Part shown: in pieces, positions 47,563 through 56,945 of the stretch
Numbering within the stretch: the stretch's first letter is position 1
Layout of the letters: every line of letters starts with the position of its first letter
Assembly (NCBI GenBank): GCA_036786375.1
Contig: DAIQRJ010000005.1
Coordinates: 80,635 to 144,634 of the forward strand
DNA from: Actinopolymorphaceae bacterium
Lineage (GTDB): Bacteria; Actinomycetota; Actinomycetes; Propionibacteriales; DAIQRJ01
Length of the DNA stretch: 64,000 bases
Direction of reading: 5' to 3'
Made by a program: the position numbers and the translations under genes
The notes under the pieces: generated by a model
Databases searched by the model: none
The model's input: only the letters and a program-made list of their open reading frames with translations
What the model was told of the DNA's origin: nothing

Positions 47563-47576
47563 GGGTCATTGGTCCC
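47563..47576. promoter_or_regulatory. Candidate DosR/DevR-like operator
   Basis: GGGTCATTGGTCCC lies in the divergent region, 47 nt from the PPOX-3 start and 100 nt from the flavodoxin TTG start. Confidence 0.35.
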
Positions 47577-47675
47577 GTCGGCTGCCGCCGATCGCCTCTA
47601 TTCGGACACGGCGTCCCTCGCAAGGATGAATCACGCGAAAAGACGCGACATCTGGCTCGGCTGGAGGAGATCGAC

Positions 47676-48191
47676 TTGAGGGTCCTTGTCGTGGTGGCAA
47701 GTCGTCACCGCGGGACGCGCGAGATCGGCGCCCGGGTGGCGGCCACGCTGCAGGCGGCGGGCATCGCCACCGACCTCGTGGACGCCGAACTCGATCCCGA
47801 CCCGGCCGGCTACGACGGCGTCGTCCTCGGCAGCGGCGTCTACTTCGGTCGATGGCTGCCGCCCGCGCGCCACTACGTTCGCGAGCACGCGACGGCGTTG
47901 GCACAGATGCGGCTGTGGACGTTCTCCAGCGGGCCGGTGGACGAGCCTCGTCCGACCGGCACCGCCGGATCGATCCCGAGTGCGCTCGTCGAGGTGGCGC
48001 CGATCGAGCATGTCAGCTTCGGCGGACGGATCGTCACGTCCGAGCTGAGCACCGTCGAGCGGATCGTCGCGAAGGTGGTGCACGCCGGAACCGCCGACTA
48101 CCGCGACTGGGCCACGATCACCGAGTGGGCCACCCACATCGCCGCGTCGCTGGCCGCCGGCGGGCCTGCGCCCCGCCGGCTGACAGCCTGA
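47676..48191 (+). CDS. Flavodoxin-domain protein (HemG-like)
   Basis: 171 aa from TTG 47676 (GGAGGAG 6 nt upstream). RVLVVVASRHRGTREIG..YDGVVLGSGVYFGRW.. is a flavodoxin-like fold pattern. Confidence 0.75.
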   Translation: MRVLVVVASRHRGTREIGARVAATLQAAGIATDLVDAELDPDPAGYDGVVLGSGVYFGRWLPPARHYVREHATALAQMRLWTFSSGPVDEPRPTGTAGSIPSALVEVAPIEHVSFGGRIVTSELSTVERIVAKVVHAGTADYRDWATITEWATHIAASLAAGGPAPRRLTA

Positions 48192-48339
48192 CGGTCAGTC
48201 GATCTGCACCCTCTGCCGGCTTCGTCACGCAGTGAGTACGAGCAGGACTATCTGAATCGGGTGGCATCTGTCGACACCGATACCGAATCGAGGACCGGCG
48301 TTGGAAGCGCAGCGGGGCCACAGGCGTGGACCCGCGCAA

Positions 48340-50688
48340 TCAGCTCGGACGTGATGACGGCGGACGCGCAGATGCTTCACCCGGTATCTCGATCTGGGCT
48401 GCGTCGACAGGTCGTCCGAGGAGGTATCCCTGTGCGGAGTCGCAGTCGATCGACTTGAGGACGTCGAGCTGGGACTGGTGCTCGACGCCTTCGGCGACGA
48501 CGGGCAGGTCGAAGGCGTGCGCAGACTGCACTAACAGGCGGAGCAGCTTGTCCGCGGAGGGCGCCGTCCGGTCGAGGAATCGCTTGTCGATCTTCATGAT
48601 GTCGACCGGCAGGGATTCGAGTCGGCCGATGAAGTTGTAGCCGGTGCCGGCGTCGATGCTGATCGCGACCCCCAGGTCGCGGAGGTACTGCAGGTTCACC
48701 AGCGCCGACGAGTCGTCGATGAGAGCGGTCTCGGTGATCTCGAGAACGAGCTGACGCGGGTGGATGCCGGCAGCCTGGAGCGCGGTGATCACGTCGTTCC
48801 CGATGCGCTTCCGGGCGATGTGGCGTCCGGAGATGTTCACGGCGATCGTCAGATGTGACGAGCCGGTGCTCCGGTTCCACTCGGACAGTTGCCGGGTGGC
48901 GTGGTTCAACACCCAGGAATCCAGTTCGCAGATCAGGTCGGACCGTTCGGCGACCGGGATGAACTCGCTCGTCGAGACGAGGCCGACGCCGGGTCGCTCC
49001 CAGCGCACGAGGGCTTCGTAGCCGTCGACGTCGCCTGTGGTCAGGTCGACGATGGGTTGATAGTGCAGGACCAGCTCGTCGTGGCTGATCGCAACCGCGA
49101 TCACGTCCTCGAGCTCGGCCTGCCGCCTGAGCTCGTCGCGAAGCGCGCTGTCGAATACTTCGGTGCGACCGCGACCGGTCGTTTTGGCGCGGTAGACGGC
49201 CACGTCGGCCTCGTGGAGCAGCTTGTCCGGGTCGGTGACGCCGTCCTGGCTGACCGTCGCGCCGATGCTGGCTCCGACCGCGACCTGCCGGTTGTCGGCG
49301 AGGGTGATGGGAGCCGACACCGCCACCACCAGCCGATCGGCGACCTCGACAGCGGACGCCAGCTGGTCGAGCGGCTCGAGCAGGACGACGAACTCGTCCC
49401 CGCCCAGGCGCGCCACGACGTCGCCGCCGCGTACGCCCAGTTCCAGCCGACGGGCAACGGTGCGCAGAACCTCGTCTCCTGCGGCGTGGCCGAGGGTGTC
49501 GTTGATGGTCTTGAAGCCGTCCAGGTCCAGGAACAGCAGCCCGACGATGTCGCCGCTCCGCTGGGCGCGGCTGAGGGCTCCGTGGATGAGTCGGATGGCT
49601 TGGGCACGGTTCGCGAGGCCGGTCAGGGAGTCGTGGGCGGCCTGGTGGGCGAGCACTTTCTGCGCACGTTCGCGTAGCCGATCGGCGGTTGTGATGTCCC
49701 GGATGGCGATGCTCATCCGGCCTATCACCAGCAGTGACACGGCCACCGAGCCAATCGCGGCCGGCCAGGTATCGAGGGTGGATCCGGCCAGCAGCTGGAC
49801 GACGAGCGTGCCCGGCGCGACCAGGATCGCCACCGTGAGTGCGGCGAGCCGTTTGCGGGTGAACCGGATGTCATACGCTGCGGTGGGTTCCGACAGCGAG
49901 TGCATCGAGGGATGGAGAGCCGCCGCACCCCAGACGATGTAGGACATCAGCCAGAGGAAGTTCATCGCGCTGGAGTCGCTGAACGTCAGTAGGCCGAGCG
50001 CGGATGCGGCGGTGTCGGCGGTGATCAGCAGCGCGACCGCACTCAGCAGCAACCGCAGCGATGGCGTGCGGCCGCCGGGAGTGGTGATCAGCCGGATCAT
50101 CACGCCGAGCAGGAGGATGTCGCCGGCGGGGTAGGCAATGGACACCGCGGCCGCGAAGAGCGACTGCTGGGAGGTCTCGATCGTGGGACCGGTGAGAACG
50201 ACCCACGAGAGCAGGCCGAGGGCGACGGTGAGCGTGGCGCTGTCGAGCAATCCCGCGACGTCGCGGCGGGGGCGACGGCCGCGGATGAGCAGCACCAGGC
50301 CGACGGCGAGGACGGGATAGGCAGCCAGGTAGAACGCATCGGCCGGGCCGGGGAACAGCTCGTTGTGCGCGATGTCGACCTGCCACGCGCCGACCGCATC
50401 GCCTATGACCCAGACGAGCTGGCCGGCGGCCATGAAGTACCAGGGCGCCCTGCGGTCCGGTCGGTGCAGTCGGAGACCGACCATGAGGGCGACCACGCCG
50501 GCGATGCCGATGACCAGGTAGCCGACGTCCTGGGCGATGCCGAGTGGGGTGAACTGGCAGACCGCCGTCGCCACTGAGCCGGCGAGCAGGAAGTACAGCC
50601 ACGCATGTGAGCGGCTCGACGACTGTTCAGGCACGACCGCACGGCGGCGGAGACGTTGCTCGGGAGTCGCCAGCCCGCTGTCGCTCAT
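48340..50688 (-). CDS. Membrane-anchored GGDEF-EAL protein (c-di-GMP turnover)
   Basis: 782 aa from ATG 50688. It has about 9-10 N-terminal TM helices, an intact GGDEF (..VARLGGDEFVVLL..) and EAL-domain motifs (..YEALVRWERP.., ..LVLEITET.., ..AISIDAGTGY.., ..DIMKIDKRF.., ..VVAEGVEH..). Confidence 0.9.
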   Translation of the reverse strand: MSDSGLATPEQRLRRRAVVPEQSSSRSHAWLYFLLAGSVATAVCQFTPLGIAQDVGYLVIGIAGVVALMVGLRLHRPDRRAPWYFMAAGQLVWVIGDAVGAWQVDIAHNELFPGPADAFYLAAYPVLAVGLVLLIRGRRPRRDVAGLLDSATLTVALGLLSWVVLTGPTIETSQQSLFAAAVSIAYPAGDILLLGVMIRLITTPGGRTPSLRLLLSAVALLITADTAASALGLLTFSDSSAMNFLWLMSYIVWGAAALHPSMHSLSEPTAAYDIRFTRKRLAALTVAILVAPGTLVVQLLAGSTLDTWPAAIGSVAVSLLVIGRMSIAIRDITTADRLRERAQKVLAHQAAHDSLTGLANRAQAIRLIHGALSRAQRSGDIVGLLFLDLDGFKTINDTLGHAAGDEVLRTVARRLELGVRGGDVVARLGGDEFVVLLEPLDQLASAVEVADRLVVAVSAPITLADNRQVAVGASIGATVSQDGVTDPDKLLHEADVAVYRAKTTGRGRTEVFDSALRDELRRQAELEDVIAVAISHDELVLHYQPIVDLTTGDVDGYEALVRWERPGVGLVSTSEFIPVAERSDLICELDSWVLNHATRQLSEWNRSTGSSHLTIAVNISGRHIARKRIGNDVITALQAAGIHPRQLVLEITETALIDDSSALVNLQYLRDLGVAISIDAGTGYNFIGRLESLPVDIMKIDKRFLDRTAPSADKLLRLLVQSAHAFDLPVVAEGVEHQSQLDVLKSIDCDSAQGYLLGRPVDAAQIEIPGEASARPPSSRPS

Positions 50689-50945
50689 GGGGCGGTGGCG
50701 ACCGCCGACGAAGACCCGGGCAAGCAAGACCAGTGCCCCCCGTCCCAGCTCTGAACGTGGATCGAAATGTCGATCACTCAAACCAATATAACTGGTGTGT
50801 GCCGTCAAATCTGCCGTTTGTACCGCACAAACCAAGCATGGGAGACGTGCAGCAAGCGGACCGGTCCGCCGTTTCGGCGCGCCGACGCCGATAACATGGC
50901 TCGCACGGCTGCCGGCTCGACCGGACAACGACGAAGGGATCGGGA

Positions 50946-51287
50946 ATGACCGACCACCGCATCTTCGAGCTCCGCACGTATCACGCTGCGCCCGAAAAAC
51001 TGACGGCCCTGCATCAGCGGTTCCAGCACCACACGTTCGATCTCTTCGCCCGACACGGCCTGGAGCTCGTCGCGTTCTTCGCTCCCACCGACGAGCCCGA
51101 CCGGAGCAACACCCTGGTGTATCTGCTCGCGTTCGCGGACCGGGAGAGCGCAGCACGGGCCTGGGATTCCTTCCGCGCCGACCCGGACTGGATCGCCGCC
51201 AAGACCGCGTCCGAGATCGACGGCCCGCTCGTGGATCGCGTCGACTCGATCTATCTCGAGGGGACAGGCGACTCGCCGATCGGCTGA
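50946..51287 (+). CDS. NIPSNAP family protein
   Basis: 113 aa. MTDHRIFELRTYHAAPEKL.. and ..LLAFADRESAARAWDSFRADPDW.. are typical of NIPSNAP. Confidence 0.75.
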   Translation: MTDHRIFELRTYHAAPEKLTALHQRFQHHTFDLFARHGLELVAFFAPTDEPDRSNTLVYLLAFADRESAARAWDSFRADPDWIAAKTASEIDGPLVDRVDSIYLEGTGDSPIG

Positions 51288-51375
51288 TCCGCCTGTCCGA
51301 CACCCGACCAGAACTCGATGCCGATGACTCCGGTCGGCCCGTGCGAGCTGTCGAGTCCGACGGGCGGCCGTCGCG

Positions 51376-52416
51376 TCACGACCGGTAGGCAACCACTTTG
51401 AGCGCATTGGTCTCGTCGGCGCGGCTGAAGATGTCGTAGGCGTCCATCATCTCGTCGATACCGAACCGGTGGGTGACCAGCGAATCGAGGTGAAGCTGGC
51501 CGGAGGTCACCATGGACAGGAGCCGCGGCGTCTGGAACGTGTCCACCAGGCCGGTCGTGATCGTGACGTTCCTGCTCCACAGGGACTCCAGATGCAACGT
51601 GGCCGGCTGCCCGTGCACACCGACGTTCGCGATTCGTCCACCCGGTCGCACCAGCCCGACACACATCTCGAACGTCTCGGGCGTGCCCACCGCCTCGATC
51701 GCGACGTCGGCGCCGAGCATGCTCGTGAGCTGTCCGATGACGCCGCGGACGTCGTCGTCGGGTTTGAGAGCGATGTCGGCGCCCAGTTGCTTGGCTGCGT
51801 CCAGCCGGCTGGCGATGCGGTCGATCACGACGATGTGGCCGGGACTCATCAGTTTCGACGTGAGGACCGCTGCGAGCCCGATCGGGCCCGCCCCCACGAT
51901 CACGACGACATCGCCGGGCTCCACCCGGCCGTTACGTACGCCGACTTCATAGGCGGTCGGGACGATGTCGGCGAGCAGCACTGCCGAGGTGTCGCTGATG
52001 TCGTCGGACAGCAGGTGAACCGAGGTGTCGGCGAACGGGACCCGGACGTACTCGGCCTGTGTCCCGTCGATCGTGTGGCCCAGGATCCATCCGCCGCCGC
52101 CCAGGCACTGCCCGTAGGCACCCTCGCGGCAGTAACGACAACGTCCGCACGCCGTGATGCAGGAGATCAGGACGCGATCGCCCACCGCGACGCTTCGGAC
52201 GCCTGGACCGACGGCTTCGATGGTGCCGACGGCTTCATGCCCGAGTATCCGTCCCGCTTCGACCTCGGGGACGTCGCCTTTGAGGATGTGCAGGTCGGTG
52301 CCGCAGACGGTGACCGCGTCGACCCGGACGATGGCGTCGTCGGCGTCGTGGAGTTCCGGCTTGGGAACGTCCTCCCACGACCGTCGACCGGGGCCGTGGA
52401 ACGTGAGTGCCTTCAT
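51376..52416 (-). CDS. Zinc-dependent alcohol dehydrogenase, paralog 2
   Basis: 346 aa from ATG 52416 (GAGGAG upstream). It is colinear with ADH-1, and most positions look identical by eye (..CGTDLHILKGDVPEVEAGRILGHEAVG..CITACGRCRYCREGAYGQC..). Confidence 0.9.
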   Translation of the reverse strand: MKALTFHGPGRRSWEDVPKPELHDADDAIVRVDAVTVCGTDLHILKGDVPEVEAGRILGHEAVGTIEAVGPGVRSVAVGDRVLISCITACGRCRYCREGAYGQCLGGGGWILGHTIDGTQAEYVRVPFADTSVHLLSDDISDTSAVLLADIVPTAYEVGVRNGRVEPGDVVVIVGAGPIGLAAVLTSKLMSPGHIVVIDRIASRLDAAKQLGADIALKPDDDVRGVIGQLTSMLGADVAIEAVGTPETFEMCVGLVRPGGRIANVGVHGQPATLHLESLWSRNVTITTGLVDTFQTPRLLSMVTSGQLHLDSLVTHRFGIDEMMDAYDIFSRADETNALKVVAYRS

Positions 52417-52486
52417 TGTTCGCTCCTCATCTACGGGATGTTGCTCTGTTACCGACCATGCTCGCGGCACAGGCGAACGCCTTCGA

Positions 52487-52500
52487 GGGCCGAAATACCC
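52487..52500. promoter_or_regulatory. Candidate DosR/DevR-like operator (weaker right half)
   Basis: GGGCCGAAATACCC lies 71 nt upstream of the ADH-2 start. Confidence 0.25.
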
Positions 52501-52695
52501 ATCCCTGTCAGGCGATCGACTCGACTGAGCAGAGCGGCTCGACATCGTTCACACGAAGTCCCGCGCGCGTGTGCGACGGCCGTCGGTGGGTGCCGCGGTC
52601 CGACCTCGTGCGCAAGATTGCATATCGGACGTCATGGCTCCTCGATCGATCGGCGTCAGGCCGTCCACGATCGGCTGGGTTCTCGCCGCACGTCA

Positions 52696-52709
52696 GGGCC
52701 CAAGGTCCC
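52696..52709. promoter_or_regulatory. Candidate DosR/DevR-like operator
   Basis: GGGCCCAAGGTCCC lies 56 nt upstream of the USP start at 52765. An isolated AGTCCC half-site also occurs further upstream in the same 348-nt divergent region. Confidence 0.35.
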
Positions 52710-52764
52710 GACAACAGGTCGTTATGCCCTGCCCGTCAGGCATGGAATCCCCGACGGTGTCGAC

Positions 52765-53271
52765 ATGACCAACGACTCCTCACTCGCCTCCCCGATCGCC
52801 GATATCCCCGACCTGGGTTCCGGTGGCCTCGTGGTCGGCTTCGACAGGTCGGCGCAGTCCGGTCTTGCCGTCTGCTGGGCCAGCCGACTCGCACTCGAGC
52901 TGTCCAGGGACCTCTCGATCATCTGGGCGTGGCGGATCAGAGACGTGTGGGACGAGACCCTGGGCGACAAGGAGTTCGTCTCTGTGCCGTCGATGACCGT
53001 CCTCCAGTCGACGGCCGCCGAGCTGCTGCGCCACGAGACCGAACAGCTGATCGGAATGCAGGAGCACGTTCGATGCCATGCGGTGGCAGGGGATGCGGCC
53101 GATGTCCTGCTCGCGGCGTCGGCCACGGCCGGCATGCTCGTGGTCGGGTCGCGTGGTCACGGCCGATTGGGAACGGCGTTGCTGGGCTCGGTGAGCGCTG
53201 CCTGCGTGCGGCGATCTGCCCGTCCGGTCGTCGTGGTTCCGCGTCACATGATCAGGCAGCCCGAGAACTGA
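52765..53271 (+). CDS. Universal stress protein (single USP domain)
   Basis: 168 aa from ATG 52765 (C-terminal part of track ORF 51469-53271). ..MLVVGSRGHGRLGTALLGSVSAACVRRSARPVVVVP... Confidence 0.8.
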   Translation: MTNDSSLASPIADIPDLGSGGLVVGFDRSAQSGLAVCWASRLALELSRDLSIIWAWRIRDVWDETLGDKEFVSVPSMTVLQSTAAELLRHETEQLIGMQEHVRCHAVAGDAADVLLAASATAGMLVVGSRGHGRLGTALLGSVSAACVRRSARPVVVVPRHMIRQPEN

Positions 53272-53650
53272 CACCGATGCGGTGACCGCGCAGGGACCTG
53301 GCCCAGGCACGCGCCGACGGCACGACCACGGCCAGCACGGGTGCAACCCAGAGCCAGACGCCCCAGCCGAAGAGCATCGGCGCGAGATGGAAGAGGATCA
53401 CCGCGACGTAACCGGCCATCGACCATCGGCGGCCGGAGAGCAGCGCGACACCGACCTGGAGTTCTCCGGCACCTAGAAGCGCGGCCCACGTGGCGGGATG
53501 TGCCATGGAGACCGCCTGCCAGGTGTCGCGTACCCAGTCGAACTGCGCTGCGTCGGCGAATGCGGCGTAGATGCCTGGCCGTCGGATCGACAGTCCGATG
53601 GTGATGCCGCCCATGACCAGGTAGAAGCCGCCGAGCTTGCCCGGATTCAA
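53252..53650 (-). CDS. Hypothetical small membrane protein
   Basis: About 132 aa with three to four hydrophobic helices (..GGFYLVMGGITIGLSI.., ..WAALLGAGELQVGVALL.., ..YVAVILFHLAPMLFGWGVWLWVAPVLAVVV..). The start is uncertain (TTG 53650 or ATG 53614). Its 3-prime end overlaps the convergent USP gene by 20 nt. Confidence 0.4.
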   Translation of the reverse strand: MNPGKLGGFYLVMGGITIGLSIRRPGIYAAFADAAQFDWVRDTWQAVSMAHPATWAALLGAGELQVGVALLSGRRWSMAGYVAVILFHLAPMLFGWGVWLWVAPVLAVVVPSARAWARSLRGHRIGVSSRAA

Positions 53651-53663
53651 GCTGTGCCACCGG

Positions 53664-54581
53664 TCAGCTCGGTGCCGACCCCGGCCGGGGCCACGACCGG
53701 TCGGCCGCGACAGCGGCAACCGGAACCCGGCTCGAGCGCAGGATCGACTGGCTGACGGAGCCGAGCAGCAACGAGCGGAGCGGCCCCCGCCCGCGCGTTC
53801 CGACGACAATCAGAGATGCATCTGCGGCGGCGTCGAGGAGGGCACGAGTTGGATGCCCGTATACCGCCTGCTCGAGGAGGTCCACGTCGTCGGTGTTGTA
53901 CACGAGCTTGACGTCCTCACGCAGCTGAATCCGTTCGAGTTTCTTCACGTGATTCGAGAGATCCGCAAGGTCCTCGCCCATCGCAGCACGTGTCATCCAG
54001 TCGAACCGCCAAGCGCGGATGACCGTGATCGGGAGCTGGTGCGTTCGAGCTTGGTCGAGGGCGAAGCTGAGTGCGGACAGTGATGCTTGCGAGCCGTCGA
54101 CGCCGGCGACGATGCGGCCCGTGGCCGGCGACGCAGTCGACTCGCCGGGCACGACGACCGACGGGCAGTGCGCATGCGTCGTCACCCCATGGCTGACGGA
54201 ACCGAGTGCGAGTTCTGTCACGCGACTCACGCCACGAGCCCCGACTACAACCAGGTGGGCGGCACGGGATGCCTCGATCAGGACCGTCCCCGGCGCGCCG
54301 GTGTGGAGCGACGTGGTGACGTCCAGCCCAGGATGGAGCGCCCGTAGGCCGTCTGCTTCGGCGGCCAGCAGTCGAGCAAGATCGTCGAACGCTCGATCCC
54401 GGTATGTGGCCGCTACGAACGGTTCATAGACCGACGCGGCCACGGCGGCCCAATCGAACGCGGCCAGAACGTGCAACGGCCGGTGCACGACCATTGCCTC
54501 GGCGGCAGCCCAGCGTGCAGCTCCTCGGGAGTCCGACGAGCCGTCGAAGCCTGTGACGATCTTGCCTGCGTAGTCGTTCAT
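53664..54581 (-). CDS. Universal stress protein, tandem USP domains
   Basis: 305 aa with two USP C-terminal signatures (..LVVVGARGVSRVTELALGSVSHGVTTHAHCPSVVVP.. and ..LIVVGTRGRGPLRSLLLGSVSQSILRSSRVPVAAV..). Confidence 0.85.
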   Translation of the reverse strand: MNDYAGKIVTGFDGSSDSRGAARWAAAEAMVVHRPLHVLAAFDWAAVAASVYEPFVAATYRDRAFDDLARLLAAEADGLRALHPGLDVTTSLHTGAPGTVLIEASRAAHLVVVGARGVSRVTELALGSVSHGVTTHAHCPSVVVPGESTASPATGRIVAGVDGSQASLSALSFALDQARTHQLPITVIRAWRFDWMTRAAMGEDLADLSNHVKKLERIQLREDVKLVYNTDDVDLLEQAVYGHPTRALLDAAADASLIVVGTRGRGPLRSLLLGSVSQSILRSSRVPVAAVAADRSWPRPGSAPS

Positions 54582-54686
54582 GACCTTGTACCTTTCACGA
54601 TTCCTCCCCTTGCTGGGAAGGCGCGACGGCGAGATCGTCGTCCCGCCGTTCCGAACGAGCCCAGGGCCGGTCTCCCCCGATGGCGA

Positions 54687-54700
54687 GGGACGATGGTCCT
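54687..54700. promoter_or_regulatory. Candidate DosR/DevR-like operator
   Basis: GGGACGATGGTCCT matches 11 of 14 positions of GGGACTWWAGTCCC and lies 106 nt upstream of the tandem-USP start. Confidence 0.35.
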
Positions 54701-54723
54701 GTGCGCCTCAGTGCTTGCAGGCG

Positions 54724-55233
54724 CTAGTCGACGTGGGCCGCCGTCGTCTCGGTGGTCGGAGCCTTCTCATGCGGATCGCCGTGCATGACGAGCACCGGGC
54801 AATGTGCGTGTTCAGCTACCCGAGCGCTGACCGAGCCGAGGAGCAGGCTCTTGAACTCCCCGAGGCCGCGGCATCCCACGACGAGGAGATCAGCGCCGGT
54901 GCTCGCGTCGATGAGGACGTTCGCCGCGCTGCCTTCTCGCACGATCAATGCCAATCCGTCGGGACGACGCGGTCCGAACGTGTCATCGACGCTCTTCGTC
55001 AAGGCGATCTCGATCGCCTCCCCGCGGTCGTAGGCGTCCACCGGCAGCGCGGTCCAGAGGTAGCTGCTGGGCACCTCCCACGCGCTGACGGCCTCGAGTC
55101 GGGCACCGGTCATGTCGGCATAGAGTGCCGCCCAGCGCAAGGCGCCGAGTGACGACGCAGAGCCGTCGACGCCGACGACGACGCGACCCTGACGCAACCC
55201 GGTGTTCTCGTTTCTTTCTGTGTTGGCGTTCAT
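54724..55233 (-). CDS. Universal stress protein (single USP domain)
   Basis: 169 aa. ..RVVVGVDGSASSLGALRWAA.. and ..LLVVGCRGLGEFKSLLLGSVSARVAEHAHCPVLVM... Confidence 0.85.
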   Translation of the reverse strand: MNANTERNENTGLRQGRVVVGVDGSASSLGALRWAALYADMTGARLEAVSAWEVPSSYLWTALPVDAYDRGEAIEIALTKSVDDTFGPRRPDGLALIVREGSAANVLIDASTGADLLVVGCRGLGEFKSLLLGSVSARVAEHAHCPVLVMHGDPHEKAPTTETTAAHVD

Positions 55234-55257
55234 TTCTCCTCCTGTCGGGTTCTGGCG

Positions 55258-55941
55258 TCAGCGGACCCGCGTATCCACACCGAGTTCGTTGGTCACCTGA
55301 GTGACGCCCGGTGTGGCCCACACGGTGTTCTCGGCCGCCCGACGTTCGGCCCACGAACTCACCGTCCCGGACAGGACGATGTGATCGCCGGTGACGGTGA
55401 CACGGATCTTCTCGGCGTCGATCCTGGAGTTGCGCACGAAGGCATCGGTGATCTTCTTGCGGGCCTCGATGGGCGAGATGACCGGCATCGAGGGCGTCAC
55501 GGAGATGTTGTCGGTGAGGCCGAGGACACCAGCGAGCCCTTCGACGGCGCGGACGGCCGCAACGCGCTGGAAGTGCCACGGAACCTGTCCGCTCAGGACG
55601 ACGATGTGACCCTGGACGGTGACCTTCACCGAGTCAGGTGGCACCGTCACCAGTCGATCCAGCGCCCGCGCAGCCTCCTTGGCGATGTCGAGGTCGTCGC
55701 GTCCGGAGTCCTTCGTGTGCACGACGATCTCGTCGGCCAGCGCTGCGACACCGCGGATCCGCCCGGCCGCGTCGAGAGCCGCGCGCTTCTCCGGGTACGA
55801 GGGCACATGACCGGTGAGGGTGACGACGCCGTCGTCGACCGCCACACCGATGTGATCGGCGTGAACCTCTGGTGTCCAGGCGAGTTCGTTGCTCACGGCG
55901 AGCCGCAGTTCGTGGTCGATGCGGTCCTGGGTGATGGTCAT
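55258..55941 (-). CDS. BON domain protein
   Basis: 227 aa from ATG 55941. Three BON-like repeats are ..VVTLTGHVPSYPEKRAALDAA.., ..IVVLSGQVPWHFQRVAAVRAV.. and ..IVLSGTVSSWAERRAAENTV... Confidence 0.8.
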   Translation of the reverse strand: MTITQDRIDHELRLAVSNELAWTPEVHADHIGVAVDDGVVTLTGHVPSYPEKRAALDAAGRIRGVAALADEIVVHTKDSGRDDLDIAKEAARALDRLVTVPPDSVKVTVQGHIVVLSGQVPWHFQRVAAVRAVEGLAGVLGLTDNISVTPSMPVISPIEARKKITDAFVRNSRIDAEKIRVTVTGDHIVLSGTVSSWAERRAAENTVWATPGVTQVTNELGVDTRVR

Positions 55942-56264
55942 GACGGTGTCCTTCGGGTGATGGTGGTGACGGGTGTGCGTGTGACGGTGAAGCCTTGGCC
56001 GTGGAGTCGAGCAGCGGCCAGCCGGCCGGCCATCTCCGGCAATGCCTCTGGGTTGACCGACCCTTGAAGATCTCGATAGGCGCGTGCGACGTAGGCCCTG
56101 ATCTTCGTCGCGGGCAGCGTGCGGCGAAGGTGCTGATGCACTTCCTCGACAGTGGCGCTCAGCTGGACGTCGGTGCTGCCGGCCGACGTGTCTCCGCCGG
56201 GTTCGTCGACTGTGCGTGTGCGGTCGAGGACGGATGTGGAGGGAGTGAGTGAAGGTCCGGGCAT
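55938..56264 (-). CDS. Small hypothetical protein (helical C-terminal half)
   Basis: 108-aa ORF. Its stop overlaps the BON start (ATGA), and its start lies 10 nt after the hsp20 stop. The region ..VEEVHQHLRRTLPATKIRAYVARAYRDLQGSVNPEALPEMAGRLAAARL.. is helical. The family is not securely recognised. Confidence 0.45.
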   Translation of the reverse strand: MPGPSLTPSTSVLDRTRTVDEPGGDTSAGSTDVQLSATVEEVHQHLRRTLPATKIRAYVARAYRDLQGSVNPEALPEMAGRLAAARLHGQGFTVTRTPVTTITRRTPS

Positions 56265-56273
56265 CGGGTGCCT

Positions 56274-56792
56274 CTACTCGCTCGTCGTCTGGTCGGTCGG
56301 GGACGCCGCTTCGCCCATTGCCGAGGTGGCGCCGGCAGCGATCTCGTTCACAGGGATGCGGGTCGCGCTGACGGTTGTCGACTTGGGGACCCGGACCGCC
56401 AGGACGCCGTCGTGAAGGTTGGCCACGACGTTTCCCTCCTCGGCTACCGCGGGCAGGCTGACGGTGTAGGCGAATGCGCCGGTGACACGCGTGTTCGCGT
56501 GTACGGTTCCGGTCTTCTCGCGCTCCTTGCGCTCGCCGCGGATGGACAAGGTGCGGCCCGTGAGTTCGACGACGATGTCGTCGCCGGCAACGCCGGGCAG
56601 GTCGAGTTCGAGGGTGAAGGCGTCGTCGGTCTCCTCCAGACGAGTGCCGAGCTGACGCTGCTCGAACGGACGGCGGTCGTTCCAGACGTTGTTCAGCAGT
56701 TCTGCCAATCCGGGAGTCCACAGAAACGGTTCAGGCAACGCCGTCCACCGCCGTAGATCTGATCCGGGTGTTCTGGTTCCGATGTCGGTCAT
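56274..56792 (-). CDS. Hsp20/alpha-crystallin family small heat-shock protein
   Basis: 172 aa. Alpha-crystallin domain ..DDAFTLELDLPGVAGDDIVVELTGRTLSIRGERKE.. and ..ANLHDGVLAVRVPK... Confidence 0.9.
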   Translation of the reverse strand: MTDIGTRTPGSDLRRWTALPEPFLWTPGLAELLNNVWNDRRPFEQRQLGTRLEETDDAFTLELDLPGVAGDDIVVELTGRTLSIRGERKEREKTGTVHANTRVTGAFAYTVSLPAVAEEGNVVANLHDGVLAVRVPKSTTVSATRIPVNEIAAGATSAMGEAASPTDQTTSE

Positions 56793-56945
56793 TGTTCCTC
56801 CAGTTGAACCGGTGACAGGACCGACTCAATCGCGGCGACGCGGACGTCCGAAGGGGCCTTCGAACCGATCCACAGGTACAACGTCCTGAACCAGCACGGA
56901 AGCTTGAAAACCCATACAGGCATGCAAGTCGTGGACATCGGGACC

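Noticed and set aside
50857-56850. Palindromes CGGACCGGTCCG (50857-50868) and CGGACGTCCG (56841-56850) as additional DosR-type boxes
   Set aside because: They share the GGAC/GTCC half-site, but with 2-nt and 0-nt spacing instead of the 4-nt spacing seen in the other sites. A dimeric regulator is unlikely to accept all three spacings, so they were not counted as operator evidence.
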